DNA of 64,000 nucleotides from Escherichia coli (GTDB lineage Bacteria; Pseudomonadota; Gammaproteobacteria; Enterobacterales; Enterobacteriaceae): NCBI GenBank assembly GCA_022969815.1, contig GCA_022969815.1_4535.1; one strand, 5' to 3'. Shown piece by piece: positions 62,231 to 64,000 of this stretch (position 1 is its first letter; each line of letters starts with the position of its first letter). The notes under the pieces were generated by a model. It saw only the letters and a program-made list of their open reading frames with translations, ran no database searches and was not told where the DNA came from. The position numbers and the translations under genes were made by a program.

Positions 62231-62464
62231 CTATTTTTTATAAAATTTTTCTGCTGTGATATTCTTCCCTGTAGGCTTAACCGCTTGCAAGATCTTATCA
62301 TGTGCCGAACGTCCAAAAGAATAAGATCCGTACACGGTAAACCAATAATCGCCATTGGGTTGCACGGTTACGGCGGCGTATGGTATGCCTTTTTCATTGT
62401 CACCGATAAAGTGTGAAACATTGCCGTTAACATTGGGTGTAGTGCTTTTAATTTGTCCGATCAT
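62231..62464 (-). CDS. hypothetical protein (77 aa)
   Basis: ORF with AGGAATAAC SD preceded by 5' hairpin. Confidence 0.5.
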   Translation of the reverse strand: MIGQIKSTTPNVNGNVSHFIGDNEKGIPYAAVTVQPNGDYWFTVYGSYSFGRSAHDKILQAVKPTGKNITAEKFYKK

Positions 62465-62512
62465 GATGTTATTCCTATATTAGACGGGAAACATTCCCGC
62501 CCTACGTGATAA

Positions 62513-62541
62513 ATAATAATATAAGGGTGATCCGGTGTCAA
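62513..62541 (-). promoter_or_regulatory. sigma70-like promoter (minus strand) with GGATC in spacer
   Basis: minus strand TTGACA-ccGGATCacccttatat-TATTAT. Confidence 0.5.
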
Positions 62542-62716
62542 TAGGTAGAATTGTAAAGATTTGATAGTTTGTCTCTTTGTTGTTTTGTTATTTGATAGGT
62601 GTTAGCTATCAATATATAGCGGGGTCGTCCGGTGATTACCTCCCCCGTTGCCAGTGCCGCCCGTTCAATAAGCATAACAAAAAACAGGACAAAAGCAAGC
62701 CCTGTTTTTGTAAAGA

Positions 62717-62908
62717 TTAGATCTCGTCACCTATATAATCAGATCTGTTCTTCTCTGTCATACGCTTTAATAATTCTTGCATATGGCTGATAGCTTGCAA
62801 TGTGTCTTCTTCCAGGCTTGAATCGAGATAATCAGGATCATTCTTTACCTTGCTATGGTTGTGATACCGCAACGCTGCTAATACCTTTCTAACTTGTTCT
62901 GCATTCAT
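62717..62908 (-). CDS. hypothetical protein (63 aa)
   Basis: ORF with AAGGAGTAA SD. Confidence 0.45.
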   Translation of the reverse strand: MNAEQVRKVLAALRYHNHSKVKNDPDYLDSSLEEDTLQAISHMQELLKRMTEKNRSDYIGDEI

Positions 62909-63051
62909 TTTTATTACTCCTTAAAACCAGGTGCCAACCGTTTCCAATAGGTCACTGACTACCAGAACAACACCGATTAGCACATATTTAATCAGGAAGG
63001 GGATTAGCGCCAGCGTTGCTACTATGATCCCCATTGTCGTGATTACCTTTC

Positions 63052-63342
63052 TCATTGTTGGCGGTTTACGTAAGCTTTACCGTTTACGGTCATCGGTATG
63101 GCCTCAAGGTCTGGATCTTCCTTAAGGTCGCGTGCAAGCTCACCGCACCGGACCCCCTCGAATCCGTGGTATTCTGTTTCCCCGTCCTTAAAAGTTTTAG
63201 CGGCAAGGCATAGGCGATAATTAACCCCGATCCGGTTTACTGCGTTGATATCGGTTAACGTGATCGATTCCGGCAAATCGTTAGCCATTACAGGCGCGTT
63301 AATACCAACAACCAGGGCAACTACTGCGATCATCTTTTTCAT
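63052..63342 (-). CDS. small secreted/periplasmic protein (signal peptide)
   Basis: MKKMIAVVALVVGINAPVMA N-terminus; AGGAAGAGGA SD. Confidence 0.5.
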   Translation of the reverse strand: MKKMIAVVALVVGINAPVMANDLPESITLTDINAVNRIGVNYRLCLAAKTFKDGETEYHGFEGVRCGELARDLKEDPDLEAIPMTVNGKAYVNRQQ

Positions 63343-63377
63343 GTGTCTATCCTCTTCCTATTGCGTTTAATGGGGTG

Positions 63378-63614
63378 TTATTGATTGATGTTATGATGAA
63401 AGTTATTTTCTTCAATGGCTTTTAAAATAAAAGCCGTGATCGCTTTCGTGTCTACTTGTTCGAACGTATCAGAATAAGCCCAATAATAATCATCCCCTAC
63501 TTTAGGCGGGTAAACCTGGACAAGGAGATCGCCACCTGGTTGATCTATAAGCTCAACATGTAAGCCGGATGATTCAGCGGTTTTAACGGCGGTTAATACT
63601 GTTGCAATACTCAT
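63378..63614 (-). CDS. hypothetical protein (78 aa)
   Basis: ORF with AGGAAGGGAA SD preceded by GGGGCG...CGCCCC hairpin. Confidence 0.5.
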   Translation of the reverse strand: MSIATVLTAVKTAESSGLHVELIDQPGGDLLVQVYPPKVGDDYYWAYSDTFEQVDTKAITAFILKAIEENNFHHNINQ

Positions 63615-63659
63615 AATCTTTTCCCTTCCTGATGTGGGGCGTTGCCGCCCCTTTGTTGA

Positions 63660-63959
63660 TTAGATCGCTGTTTCCAGTAGTTCGGCTAACGTCTTACCGC
63701 CTGATAGTTGGTCTAACGTTTGCTCTTCTGGCAAGAAATTAGCGGATATTAAACCGACTTGATTCCCTTTGTGCCAGTTAGCCTGGCGGGTGATTCCATC
63801 CTTTAAGGATTTTACCGCCATTGTGCAACCGTTGCCAAATGATTCATTTTTATGGTCCATCACTTCATAAGCGCCCAGCTTGCTGCTGTTAGGCACCATT
63901 AACGCGAATACATCACCAACAACCAGTTTTTCTACGGTAACAATAGCGATAGTTTCCAT
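63660..63959 (-). CDS. hypothetical protein (99 aa)
   Basis: ORF with GAGGAAAAC SD preceded by GGCGGCA...GCCGCC hairpin. Confidence 0.5.
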   Translation of the reverse strand: METIAIVTVEKLVVGDVFALMVPNSSKLGAYEVMDHKNESFGNGCTMAVKSLKDGITRQANWHKGNQVGLISANFLPEEQTLDQLSGGKTLAELLETAI

Positions 63960-64000
63960 TTTGTTTTCCTCATTATCGGCGGCACCATTGCCGCCCTACG

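Noticed and set aside
59690-64000. Possibility that the window end is host chromosome (prophage junction)
   Set aside because: No integrase, attachment-site-like tRNA fragment or clear compositional break was found; the terminal genes share promoter architecture with the minus-strand block (TTGACA ... GGATC). Kept as phage DNA, but this cannot be excluded without a database search.

Overview
The window reads as a contiguous piece of a large, AT-rich, virulent-type dsDNA phage genome (or a phage-like element) with four parts. (1) Positions 1-2175: a minus-strand cluster of at least six tRNA genes (one cut by the window edge) and three small minus-strand genes. (2) Positions 2551-38549: a plus-strand block of about 90 tightly packed, often translationally coupled genes, cut into cassettes by clear hairpin plus T-run terminators and a few near-consensus sigma70-like promoters. 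Recognisable products are T4-style nucleotide metabolism and DNA transactions: class Ia ribonucleotide reductase NrdA/NrdB, ThyX-type thymidylate synthase, glutaredoxin, MazG-like pyrophosphohydrolase, HAD-type nucleotidase, ATP-dependent DNA ligase, T4 RNase H-like nuclease, DEDD exonuclease, HNH-like nuclease, PhoH-like ATPase and a T4-type lysozyme. Unusual cargo in the same block: a complete dTDP-rhamnose pathway (rmlB-A-C-D), an HslV-like peptidase, N6-adenine and C5-cytosine methyltransferase-like genes, two metallophosphatases and a terminator-insulated acidic-protein plus Sir2-like pair. (3) Positions 38619-59642: a convergent minus-strand block of about 90 small genes with almost no recognisable domains, containing a 10-copy paralogous family of roughly 105-125 aa proteins and one serine recombinase. 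(4) Positions 59690-61220: a gene-free, highly structured region (perfect 15-bp inverted repeats, nested palindromes, strand-skewed T/G-rich iterons), followed to the window end by monocistronic minus-strand genes with conserved promoters and 5' hairpins. All functional calls rest on motifs read by eye; no database search was run. Coordinates for CDSs come from the supplied ORF track (starts sometimes moved to an internal start codon with a Shine-Dalgarno sequence); coordinates for tRNAs, promoters, terminators, repeats and unlisted small ORFs were indexed by hand and may be off by 1-2 nt.
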